Notes under the pieces: generated by a model | What the model was told of the DNA's origin: nothing | Seen by the model: only the letters and a program-made list of their open reading frames with translations | The model's database searches: none | Translations under genes and position numbers: made by a program | Origin: an uncultured Chromatiales bacterium | GTDB lineage: Bacteria; Pseudomonadota; Gammaproteobacteria; 21-64-14 | Length of the DNA: 44,612 bases | Assembly (NCBI GenBank): GCA_964487445.1 | Contig: CAZAQG010000005.1 | Location: 1-44,612, forward strand | Direction: 5' to 3' | Shown here: in pieces, positions 36,301-44,612 of the stretch | Numbering within the stretch: position 1 is the first letter of the stretch | Layout: each line of letters starts with the position of its first letter

Positions 36301-36663
36301 ATGCTCAAAGACATCACCGTCGTGCGCATCTATCTCACCGAGGGCGATCACCGAGAGCATCACCTGCTACTCGAGGAGATCCTCTCGATCCTGCACGATC
36401 GCCGCCGCGTGCGCGGCATGACGGTGTTCCGTGCGATCAGCGGCTTCGGCGCACGCGGCGTGGTGCACTCCGCCGACCTGCTGCGCCTCACCGCCCACCT
36501 TCCGCTGGTGGTGGAGTTCTTCGACGAACCGGCGGTCGTCGAAAATGCCCTCGAGCTGATCGAAGCACTGATGCCGCCCGGCCATATCGTTTCGTGGCCG
36601 GCGCGCTGCAATTGCGGGTCAGGTGCCCAAAGCCCGTCACCCCCCGCACCCGGGAACGACTGA
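36301..36663 (+). CDS. DUF190 (PII-like) protein
   Basis: RIYLTEGD, GMTVFRAISGFG, LPLVVEFFD; the usual neighbour of crcB. Confidence 0.9.
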   Translation: MLKDITVVRIYLTEGDHREHHLLLEEILSILHDRRRVRGMTVFRAISGFGARGVVHSADLLRLTAHLPLVVEFFDEPAVVENALELIEALMPPGHIVSWPARCNCGSGAQSPSPPAPGND

Positions 36664-36994
36664 GAAGCGCCGGCGCCACCCCCTCGCGGCAAGCCCTTGC
36701 ACGCCCGCCCCCTCGGCGATCCTCGGTCCGGAATCACGGCCCTGCACCCGCACGGCCGTGGATGGCGTATCGGAGGTCCCGTATGCACCCGCCGCACCGT
36801 TCACCGGGGACCGCATGCACGAATCCCGGCGGGCACTTGTAGTTGAAACCACCAAGCGAATGTCGGACGATCGCCATTGGAAGCGACACGCGCCACGCCC
36901 GGACGGGGCGCCATGTTGCTATACTGGAAGCAATGCCGGCGAGCCGATGATGGCCCGTGGTGAGAAACCCGAAAAAAAACGAGTCCGCTGACGC

Positions 36995-37891
36995 ATGACA
37001 GGGGCAACCACAGAGCGAAACGTGGCCGTAGAGCACGCACTGCTGAGACTGCGCGAGTTACCGCCGCTGCCGCTGGCGATCCGGGAACTCTCTGCAACCC
37101 TCAGCGACGACCAGGCAAGCTACGCGGTGATCGCCAAGGCCCTGAACCGCGACCCGCCTCTCACTGCGCGCATCCTCGGGCTGGCCAATTCCGCCTTCTA
37201 CGGCATGGCGGGGCGCGTACACTCGGTGCAGGATGCGGTCCGGATACTCGGGCTGACCCTGGTACGCGGCGTGGCCATGGGCATGTGCCTCATGGAACCG
37301 CTGGACACCCGACGCTGCGCAAGCTTTCGCCCCCGGGACTACTGGCTGTCCTCACTGCTCACCGCGCTTGCGGCGCGGCGCCTGTCGTCGCTGGTGACCG
37401 CCAGGACCGCCGCGTTCTCTACGATTTCCGAGGATCTCGCCTATCTCGGCGGCCTGTTGCACCGCATCGGAGTCATCGCACTGGTCTTCCTGCGCCCGGA
37501 CGTAATGGAGCCGTTGCTGGGCGGCCTGCGCGGACGTGACGGCACGCCGCTGAGCAGCCTGGAGGAACACTACCTGCAGCTGAATCACCGACAGGCCGGG
37601 GCATGGCTGCTGTGGCGCTGGCGACTGCCCGGGCCGCTGCCGCACGTCGCGGCGCACTACGCGGAGCGCGGCTACCGCGGCGAGGACTGGGGACTGTGCG
37701 CCCTGGTGGGACTTGCCTCGCGTTGGGCCGATGGGATCCTGGCCGGCGATTCGGAAACACCGTGGGACGACACGACCCTCTCGATCTTGGGCATCGCACC
37801 GAAGCCTGCGGGCCGCCTGCGCGACGAGTTGGCGCCGACCGCCGAGTCGCTGCGCGAGACCGCGCGGGAGATGGCGGAGCACGGCGCGTGA
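36995..37891 (+). CDS. HDOD domain protein
   Basis: LPPLP, DPPLTARILGLANSAFYG, V.SVQDAV..LG, GLLHRIG, H.QAGAWLLWRWRLP. Confidence 0.9.
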   Translation: MTGATTERNVAVEHALLRLRELPPLPLAIRELSATLSDDQASYAVIAKALNRDPPLTARILGLANSAFYGMAGRVHSVQDAVRILGLTLVRGVAMGMCLMEPLDTRRCASFRPRDYWLSSLLTALAARRLSSLVTARTAAFSTISEDLAYLGGLLHRIGVIALVFLRPDVMEPLLGGLRGRDGTPLSSLEEHYLQLNHRQAGAWLLWRWRLPGPLPHVAAHYAERGYRGEDWGLCALVGLASRWADGILAGDSETPWDDTTLSILGIAPKPAGRLRDELAPTAESLRETAREMAEHGA

Positions 37892-39093
37892 GTCGCGAGC
37901 CGCTGCGCGACGCAGTCCGCGACCTGCAGGACGGCGTCCTGAACCTGCTCGACGCCCTCTCGGTACTCGGCGCCACCTGGGCCCTGCCGGCCGAAGGGCA
38001 AGGCGAGGAGGCGTTGCTGTCCGCCGTTCTGGAAATCGTGCTCGGCCATCCGAACGTGCAGGGCGCTTCGATCCATCTGCTGCGCGGCGAGTGGCTCGAA
38101 CGCGTCGCCGCGCGCGACGTCGCCGACCTGCTCGGTCCCGATGCCCCGGCACCGGGGCCCCCGCCCGGAGCCGAACGGATCGCGCCCGGCGACGGGGTAA
38201 TCGGCCGCGCAGCCGCCGCCGCGACGCTGCAGCACTGCGCGGACTGCGCTCGGGAACCGGCGGGTGCAGGCCAGCCGAACGTCGGCTCGTTGATCGCCGC
38301 GCCCATCCCCGGAAGCGAGAGGGCGCCCGAAGTACTCGGCGTCCTCAGCCTCACCCATGCCGACCCCGGGCAATTCACCCGCTGGCACGAGCGACTCGCC
38401 GCAACGCTCGCCGGTGCCGTGGGGCAACTCCTGCGCAGCAACCGCCTCTCGCGCGACCTCGAGGCCGAGGTCCGCGAGCGTACCCGGGCGCTCGCCGAAG
38501 CGCTCGCCGAGTCACAACGCCTGCGCGAGCGCTTCGAGGAGTGGGCCCTGGTCGACGAACTCACCGGGCTGCGCAACCGCCGTTTCTTCTTTTCGGAGGG
38601 CGAGATCCTCGTGCAGCGCTCGTTGCGCTACGACGATCCCCTGAGCCTCATCATGCTCGACCTCGACCGCTTCAAGGAGATCAACGACACCTGGGGACAC
38701 GGTCAGGGCGATGTGGTGTTACGCGAGATCGCCCAGCTGCTCGAGGCCGGAATGCGCCGCGGCGATCTGCTCGCACGCTTCGGCGGCGAGGAATTCGTCC
38801 TGTTGCTCTCTCATACCGATTGCGACGGCGCCAAGCGCTTCGGCGAGCGCCTGTGCGAGCGGGTGGCGCAGCATCCACTACGCTATCAAGGCACCGAGCG
38901 GCGCACGACCATCACCGTCGGGGTCTCCTGCCACCGCCCCGGCCACCCGGAGGACTCCGCGCAACTGCTGGCTCAGCTCATCCGCGAGGCCGACGACGCC
39001 CTCTACTACGGAAAGGCCCATGGGCGCAACTGCGTACACACCTACCCCGACCTGACCTCCTTGGGAATCACCCACCTCAAAGGAAAGTCCTGA
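37888..39093 (+). CDS. GAF-GGDEF diguanylate cyclase
   Basis: GAF-like GVIGRAA..GSLIAAPI..VLGVL, a coiled-coil linker, DELTGLRNRR, DLDRFKEINDTWGH, RxxD I-site and GGEEF. Confidence 0.92.
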   Translation: MSREPLRDAVRDLQDGVLNLLDALSVLGATWALPAEGQGEEALLSAVLEIVLGHPNVQGASIHLLRGEWLERVAARDVADLLGPDAPAPGPPPGAERIAPGDGVIGRAAAAATLQHCADCAREPAGAGQPNVGSLIAAPIPGSERAPEVLGVLSLTHADPGQFTRWHERLAATLAGAVGQLLRSNRLSRDLEAEVRERTRALAEALAESQRLRERFEEWALVDELTGLRNRRFFFSEGEILVQRSLRYDDPLSLIMLDLDRFKEINDTWGHGQGDVVLREIAQLLEAGMRRGDLLARFGGEEFVLLLSHTDCDGAKRFGERLCERVAQHPLRYQGTERRTTITVGVSCHRPGHPEDSAQLLAQLIREADDALYYGKAHGRNCVHTYPDLTSLGITHLKGKS

Positions 39094-39156
39094 TCACGGA
39101 TTCGGATTCGCAGCCGGTCGCGGGGACCCTTTCTCCCGGACGTCTCAACCACATGA

Positions 39157-41859
39157 ATGACCAGATCTGAACTCGGCATATTGCCCTCGGGACACCTGCA
39201 CTGGTTCCCGACGGAGGACGACCGCGATGCCGACCGGGAAACCGGGCGGGCGGTCGCGATCGCCGATGCGTTTGCGCGCGGCATCGCCGAAGGCCTGATT
39301 GCACTGGCGGCGAAGGAATACGCCGCCGATCTTCCCCCCGTCCTTGGCTATTGGCGGGCATTCGCCTGCCGGTATCTGGCCGAGCGGTGTCAGATGACGC
39401 CGGCCGACCCGGCGCATCCCGATCCGATCGGCGCACTCGACGAACACCAAACGGGATCGCTGCTCGAAGGCGTACCCCCGATGCGCGGCGCCGAGTATCT
39501 CTCCCCGCAGGTGCTGAACGGCATCTGGTCCTGGCTCGACGATCAGGTATGCGCACAAATCCGTCGACACGGCGGCCTCGGCGCATTCCTGGAAGAAACC
39601 GCGCCACGCTGGCATCAGGTCGGCCGTGTCTGCTTCCACTTGGCGGAAAACAGGCTCGACCGGGACTATCCGTTCGCGTTTATGGCGACCTATGCCCCGG
39701 AGCTCTCCCGGCGGAGCCGGGGCCAAATCCGCCACCAACCCTTGGCCAAGGCCTTGCAGGAGTATGCGGGTACCCGAAACAAGCAGGCCCTCATCCGCCT
39801 GCTGTCCCCCGTGCAGCGTGTATCCGAGTCCAGTGTTCTGATCAGGGAACTGGTCGAGAGCGGGGATCTGTATCACCCACTCGCATGGACCCCGGCCGAG
39901 GCCTATGAATTTCTCAAGGAGACACCACGTTACGAGCAATGCGGTGTGATCGTCCGCCTGCCCGACTGGTGGAAAAAACGCACCCGGCCGCAGGTCAGCG
40001 TCACCATCGGCAGCGTTAAACAGCAGAAGCTCGGTGCCGATGCGCTACTGGATTTCAAACTGGGGATCGCCCTGGGTGACGAGACCCTGACCAAGCGCGA
40101 GTTACAGGCGCTGCTCGCGGCACAAGAGGGGTTGGTATTCATCAAGGGTCGATGGGTGGAGGTGGACCGCGAGAAACTGGCCGAGGCCCTTGCGCACTGG
40201 GAAAAGGTCGCCGCCGGAGCGGCCGAAGACGGGCTGTCCTTTTCCGAAGGGATGCGATTGCTGGCCGGCGCCCCGGCGGACCTGGGCCGACCGGACGTGC
40301 CGGTCGACGATCGGCAATGGGCCTTCGTCCAACCGGGCCCGTGGCTGGGATCCTTGCTGGACGAACTGCGGGCGCCGGAAACGCTCGAGGGCATCGACCC
40401 CGGCGGCGCCCTCAAGACCCGGCTGCGCCCGTATCAGAGAAGCGGCGTCAGTTGGCTGTGGCTCCTGTCACAACTGGGACTCGGCGCCTGCCTGGCCGAC
40501 GATATGGGCCTGGGAAAGACCATGCAGATCATTGCGCTGCTGCTGGTGCTGAAAAAGCGGCGCGGCAAGACACCTTCCCTGCTGGTGCTGCCCGCGTCGC
40601 TGCTGGCCAACTGGAAAAGCGAACTGGAGCGCTACGGACCCTCCCTACGTTGCCTGTTCGTGCATACTTCGCAGATGTGCAAACAAGACATCGAAGCCCT
40701 TGCCGGCAATCATCAGGCCGGGCTGACAGGCATCGACTTGGTGTTGACGACATACGGCATGTTGCAGAGGCAACCCTGGCTGCAGGAGCGGGACTGGCGG
40801 CTGCTTATCCTTGACGAAGCACAAGCCATAAAGAATCCCGCCAGCCGACAAACCCGCGCAACCAAGAAATTGAAAGCCGCCTCCCGGATCGCGTTGACCG
40901 GGACTCCCATAGAGAACCGGCTCGGCGATCTCTGGTCCCTGTTCGATTTCCTGTGCCCGGGCCTGCTCGGATCGGCGACGCGATTCAAGGACTTCGTCAA
41001 ATCGTTGTCCGCCGGAGAAAGCGATCGATACGCCCCATTGCGCAACCTGGTTCGCCCCTACATCCTGCGCCGGCTCAAGACCGACAAGACCATTATCAGC
41101 GATCTACCGGAAAAAACCGAGGTGCATGCGTGGTGCGGTCTGACCAAAGCCCAGGCCGCGTTGTACCGGGGAGAGGTCAAAAAACTGGCCACCTCACTCG
41201 AGACATTGGACGGGATGCAGCGGCGCGGCCTGGTGCTTGCCTACCTCATACGTTTCAAGCAGATCTGCAACCATCCCTCGCAGCTGCTGGGCGATCACCG
41301 GTATGATCCCGGTAACAGCGGCAAGTTCACCCGGCTGGCCGAGTTGTGCGAAGAGATCGCCTCGCGTCAGGAAAAGATGCTGGTCTTTACCCAGTTTCGC
41401 GAGATAACCGGCCCATTGGCCTCGTTTCTGGCCGAGCAGTTCGGCCGGCCCGGACTGGTTCTGCATGGCGGCACTCCGGTCGGACAGCGCAAGCGACTGG
41501 TGGACGATTTTCAGCAGGAAAGCGGGCCACCCTTTTTTATACTGTCACTCAAGGCCGGCGGTACCGGGTTGAACCTGACCGAGGCGTCCCACGTGGTCCA
41601 CTTCGATCGCTGGTGGAACCCGGCCGTGGAAAACCAAGCCACCGACCGGGCGTTTCGTATCGGACAACGGAACAATGTACTGGTCCACAAGTTCGTCTGT
41701 CAGGGAACGGTGGAAGAGAAAATAGACGCACTGATAACGGAAAAGACGGCGTTGGCCGGCGACATTCTGGAAGGCGGCGCCGAAACCCTGCTGACCGAGA
41801 TGAACAACCGGGAACTGCTGGAACTGGTTTCGCTCGACGTCAACAAGATACAAGTCTGA
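39157..41859 (+). CDS. SNF2-family helicase/ATPase
   Basis: LRPYQ, ADDMGLGKT, DEAQ, LTGTPIENRL, SLKAGGTGLNLT, WWNPAVENQATDRAFRIGQ. Confidence 0.95.
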   Translation: MTRSELGILPSGHLHWFPTEDDRDADRETGRAVAIADAFARGIAEGLIALAAKEYAADLPPVLGYWRAFACRYLAERCQMTPADPAHPDPIGALDEHQTGSLLEGVPPMRGAEYLSPQVLNGIWSWLDDQVCAQIRRHGGLGAFLEETAPRWHQVGRVCFHLAENRLDRDYPFAFMATYAPELSRRSRGQIRHQPLAKALQEYAGTRNKQALIRLLSPVQRVSESSVLIRELVESGDLYHPLAWTPAEAYEFLKETPRYEQCGVIVRLPDWWKKRTRPQVSVTIGSVKQQKLGADALLDFKLGIALGDETLTKRELQALLAAQEGLVFIKGRWVEVDREKLAEALAHWEKVAAGAAEDGLSFSEGMRLLAGAPADLGRPDVPVDDRQWAFVQPGPWLGSLLDELRAPETLEGIDPGGALKTRLRPYQRSGVSWLWLLSQLGLGACLADDMGLGKTMQIIALLLVLKKRRGKTPSLLVLPASLLANWKSELERYGPSLRCLFVHTSQMCKQDIEALAGNHQAGLTGIDLVLTTYGMLQRQPWLQERDWRLLILDEAQAIKNPASRQTRATKKLKAASRIALTGTPIENRLGDLWSLFDFLCPGLLGSATRFKDFVKSLSAGESDRYAPLRNLVRPYILRRLKTDKTIISDLPEKTEVHAWCGLTKAQAALYRGEVKKLATSLETLDGMQRRGLVLAYLIRFKQICNHPSQLLGDHRYDPGNSGKFTRLAELCEEIASRQEKMLVFTQFREITGPLASFLAEQFGRPGLVLHGGTPVGQRKRLVDDFQQESGPPFFILSLKAGGTGLNLTEASHVVHFDRWWNPAVENQATDRAFRIGQRNNVLVHKFVCQGTVEEKIDALITEKTALAGDILEGGAETLLTEMNNRELLELVSLDVNKIQV

Positions 41860-41873
41860 CGGGAGAATAGTCG

Positions 41874-42911
41874 ATGTCTTATGGTGGGTGGCGGCCCTAT
41901 GTGCCGGTAGCGAGGCGACGCGCCAACACGGCCGAGAAAATAAAAAAGCTGCGCAACAAAGGAATGGACATCGAACCCATCGAGATCCAGGGCCGCAAGA
42001 TCGCTCATACCTTCTGGGGTGAGGCTTGGTGCAAGCACCTGGAACGATTCAGCGACTTCTCCAACCGCCTGCCGCGCGGCCGGACCTACGTCCGTAACGG
42101 TTCGGTCTGTCACTTGGCGATCAAGAAGGGAAGAGTCGAAGCCATCGTTTCCGGTTCGGAGCTATACAATGTCGCCATCCACATCGCCCCCCTGGCGTCG
42201 GACAAGTGGAAAAACATACGCAGGCAATGCGCCGGGCGGATCGGCTCCATGTTGGAATTGTTGCAGGGGCACCTCTCCGACCACGTGATGGGAATCGTGA
42301 CCGAGCCCGAAAAAGGGCTATTTCCAAAACCCGGAGATATCAAACTCCACTGCGACTGTCCCGACTGGGCCGTCATGTGCAAGCACGTGGCCGCCGTGCT
42401 GTACGGAGTCGGCGCCCGCCTGGATGAAAAGCCGGAACTGCTCTTCGCGCTGCGCAAGGTCGATCACCAAGACCTCATCTCGTCGGACCTGGACATACGG
42501 GCGGCGACCGCCGGGCGGGGGAAACGGCGGCGGCTCGCAAATCAGGATCTCTCGAATATGTTCGGTATCGATATCGAGGACACGACTCCGCCGACAAAAA
42601 GGAGAAAAACACCACCGAGAAAAACCGCACGCCGTTCAAACAACGGGGAATCGGCCAAGAAGAATGCGACGCAAGGAAACGGGAAACCCAGGGTCCGCAA
42701 CGCAAAAGCGACTCCGGGGAAGAGAGCGTTTACTCCTACCGGCACGGCGGTTTCCCGGCTGCGCAAGCAGCTCGCCATGACGCGTCCCCGGTTCGCGGAT
42801 CTGCTGGGCGTAACCCCACAAACCGTCGCAAACTGGGAAACCAAACGTGGCAGACTCAAACTCCAGAAGCGAACGCTGGCGGCACTCACTCAGGTATGGT
42901 TACGGAAATGA
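41874..42911 (+). CDS. SWIM zinc-finger protein with C-terminal XRE-type HTH
   Basis: NRLPRGRTYVRNGSV, CDCPDWAVMCKHVAA (SWIM), a Lys-rich linker, and LRKQLAMTRPRFADLLGVTPQTVANWE (HTH). Confidence 0.9.
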   Translation: MSYGGWRPYVPVARRRANTAEKIKKLRNKGMDIEPIEIQGRKIAHTFWGEAWCKHLERFSDFSNRLPRGRTYVRNGSVCHLAIKKGRVEAIVSGSELYNVAIHIAPLASDKWKNIRRQCAGRIGSMLELLQGHLSDHVMGIVTEPEKGLFPKPGDIKLHCDCPDWAVMCKHVAAVLYGVGARLDEKPELLFALRKVDHQDLISSDLDIRAATAGRGKRRRLANQDLSNMFGIDIEDTTPPTKRRKTPPRKTARRSNNGESAKKNATQGNGKPRVRNAKATPGKRAFTPTGTAVSRLRKQLAMTRPRFADLLGVTPQTVANWETKRGRLKLQKRTLAALTQVWLRK

Positions 42912-43221
42912 TCCGGGTCGGAACAAACCCCGCGATGCCGTAAAGCACAAATCCGCCGAGCGTGCCGAACATGGCATTCAGGCCCAACGCAGTCCGGATG
43001 CAGGAACCGCGGTATCGTCACCAGGCCTACGGAAACGAGGGGCAGGCTGCCGACGAGGCAGGAAACGCCCGACCACGAACGGCGTCGTGCGGGGCAACCA
43101 CCCGCCGCGCCCCCGCTCGCAGTCGATCCACTGGGGCACGAAAACCTTTTCCGGCCGGCACCCCACCCCGACGCATGGAGAGCTGAGCGCAATCGTGGAC
43201 CATATCGATAACGGCTGCGCG

Positions 43222-43247
43222 GGTGGCGTCCCCTTGGGGACGCCACC
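43222..43247. repeat. Perfect 12-bp inverted repeat
   Basis: GGTGGCGTCCCC-TT-GGGGACGCCACC, directly before an abrupt AT-rich tract. Confidence 0.8.
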
Positions 43248-43393
43248 TTCCCCCGCAACTCCGGCTGTACTCGAGGCCTATCGTAATTAATTGAATTAAA
43301 TAAATATATACAAGTACGCACTCACATCATCTTGTTTACTTCGAGTAGATATTGCTGTTTGACGATTATATCGTCATTTTGTATAGTTCAGAT

Positions 43394-44548
43394 ATGATCC
43401 ATCGAGATATCCAACCTGCACTTGTTCAGATGAGCACCCAATACCCGGTGGTTACAATCACCGGGCCACGCCAGAGCGGAAAGACCACCCTTTGTCAGGC
43501 GACCTTCGCGCATAAACCCTATGTCAATTTTGAAGCGCTGGATACCCGGACTTTCGCGCGAGAAGATCCGCGGGGATTCCTCGCGACCATCCCTGACGGA
43601 GCTGTTCTCGATGAAATCCAGCGCGTCCCGGATCTGCCTTCGTACCTGCAAGAGATCGTGGACAAAGACCCACTACCGGGCAAGTACATTCTGACCGGCA
43701 GCCAGCAATTCGAATTAATGAACCAGGTCAGTCAATCTCTGGCGGGACGCACGGCCCTGTTGCGGCTCTTGCCGCTCTCCATCAATGAACTGAAAAATGC
43801 AGACCGTCTCCCTCCCCTGTTCTCAGTGATGCATAGCGGTTTCTATCCCCGCATATACCGGGACAACCTGGACCCGACACAAATGCTGGGAGGCTATTTT
43901 TCAACCTATATCGAGCGGGATCTTCGGCAGTTGAGCACCATCCACGACCTGCAAAAATTTGAGCGTTTCGTGCGTCTCTGTGCAGGACGCACAGGTCAGC
44001 TGCTGAACATGAACAACCTGGCCAACGATACAGGGATTTCACACAGCACCGCGCATCAGTGGATCGACCTCCTGCAGGCGAGCTACATTATCTTTCTGCT
44101 TCCCCCCTGGTTCACCAATACGCGCAAGCGATTGGTGAAATCACCCAAACTCTACTTTTATGACGTTGGCTTGGCGGCTTGGTTACTGGGCATACACCAG
44201 CCGGAACATATCCAGCGCGACCCGCTGTATGGCTCGTTGTTTGAAAACATGATCATCATCGACCGGCTTAAATCAAAGTACAATGCAGCGCTTCCGGTCG
44301 AGTGTTATTTCTATCGCGACAATACCGGAAACGAAGTTGACCTGATCGAACCCGAAGGGCATCAAGTGCATGCCATTGAGATCAAAGGTGGAGCAACCAT
44401 AAGTAGCGATTACTTCAAGGGACTGGCCAAGTTCAAGAACGCTTTTCCTGAGACGTTCCTCGATGGCACCGTGATCTATGCGGGCGACCAGTCACAACAA
44501 CGTTCGGAATGGACCGTTCGCTCTTGGTCGAATGCCATAACGCTGTAA
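43394..44548 (+). CDS. AAA+ ATPase (AAA_14) with C-terminal DUF4143 nuclease-like domain
   Basis: GPRQSGKTT, LDEIQ, LTGS, SLAGR, KSPKLYFYDVG, GSLFEN, YFYRD..GNEVDLI...AIEIK. Confidence 0.92.
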   Translation: MIHRDIQPALVQMSTQYPVVTITGPRQSGKTTLCQATFAHKPYVNFEALDTRTFAREDPRGFLATIPDGAVLDEIQRVPDLPSYLQEIVDKDPLPGKYILTGSQQFELMNQVSQSLAGRTALLRLLPLSINELKNADRLPPLFSVMHSGFYPRIYRDNLDPTQMLGGYFSTYIERDLRQLSTIHDLQKFERFVRLCAGRTGQLLNMNNLANDTGISHSTAHQWIDLLQASYIIFLLPPWFTNTRKRLVKSPKLYFYDVGLAAWLLGIHQPEHIQRDPLYGSLFENMIIIDRLKSKYNAALPVECYFYRDNTGNEVDLIEPEGHQVHAIEIKGGATISSDYFKGLAKFKNAFPETFLDGTVIYAGDQSQQRSEWTVRSWSNAITL

Positions 44549-44612
44549 GAACAGGGCCAGGCAACCAAACGAGACAACCCAAAGAAGAAGCGTGCTGAAT
44601 AAGGGTAACGTC

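Noticed and set aside
36664-36994. c-di-GMP riboswitch or small ORF upstream of HDOD-GGDEF
   Set aside because: No GEMM-type conserved motifs, and the short ORFs lack a convincing RBS or recognisable sequence.
42960-43000. GCCGAAC/GCCCAAC starts resembling an integron attC site
   Set aside because: No complementary GTTRRRY half or extended palindrome, and no integrase.

Overview
A GC-rich, gammaproteobacterial-looking chromosomal window (taxon inferred from gene content) with four parts. (1) 1-9 kb: the left end of a decayed ISL3 element, a decayed VPLPA-CTERM remnant, and housekeeping or stress genes (GIY-YIG nuclease, arfB, DUF465, slyX, FrnE-type DsbA, srkA, pncA, SMUG1-type uracil glycosylase, Yip1, uppP, NsrR-like regulator, DUF2249). 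(2) 9-25.8 kb: envelope and efflux genes (two DsbG-like proteins, a cecR-ybhGFSR-like ABC operon, MarR-EmrAB, a USP, TetR, an SLT lipoprotein, orphan tatA, and a phosphoesterase with a candidate Pho box). (3) 25.8-36.7 kb, the highlight: a clear fluoride riboswitch heads seven tightly packed genes for a hydrogenase-4/complex-I-like membrane complex, followed by the fluoride channel fluC/crcB and DUF190. The large subunit lacks all Ni-Fe ligand cysteines, so this is an Ehr-type complex rather than a hydrogenase. It carries tandem-duplicated, sequence-altered HyfB antiporter-like subunits, and looks like a fluoride-inducible energy-converting ion pump. (4) 37-44.6 kb: HDOD plus GAF-GGDEF, then a visibly lower-GC block encoding an SNF2 ATPase, a SWIM-HTH protein and an AAA/DUF4143 protein (candidate defence island). 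No tRNA, rRNA or CRISPR array was seen. All calls come from motif recognition by eye; no database searches were run.
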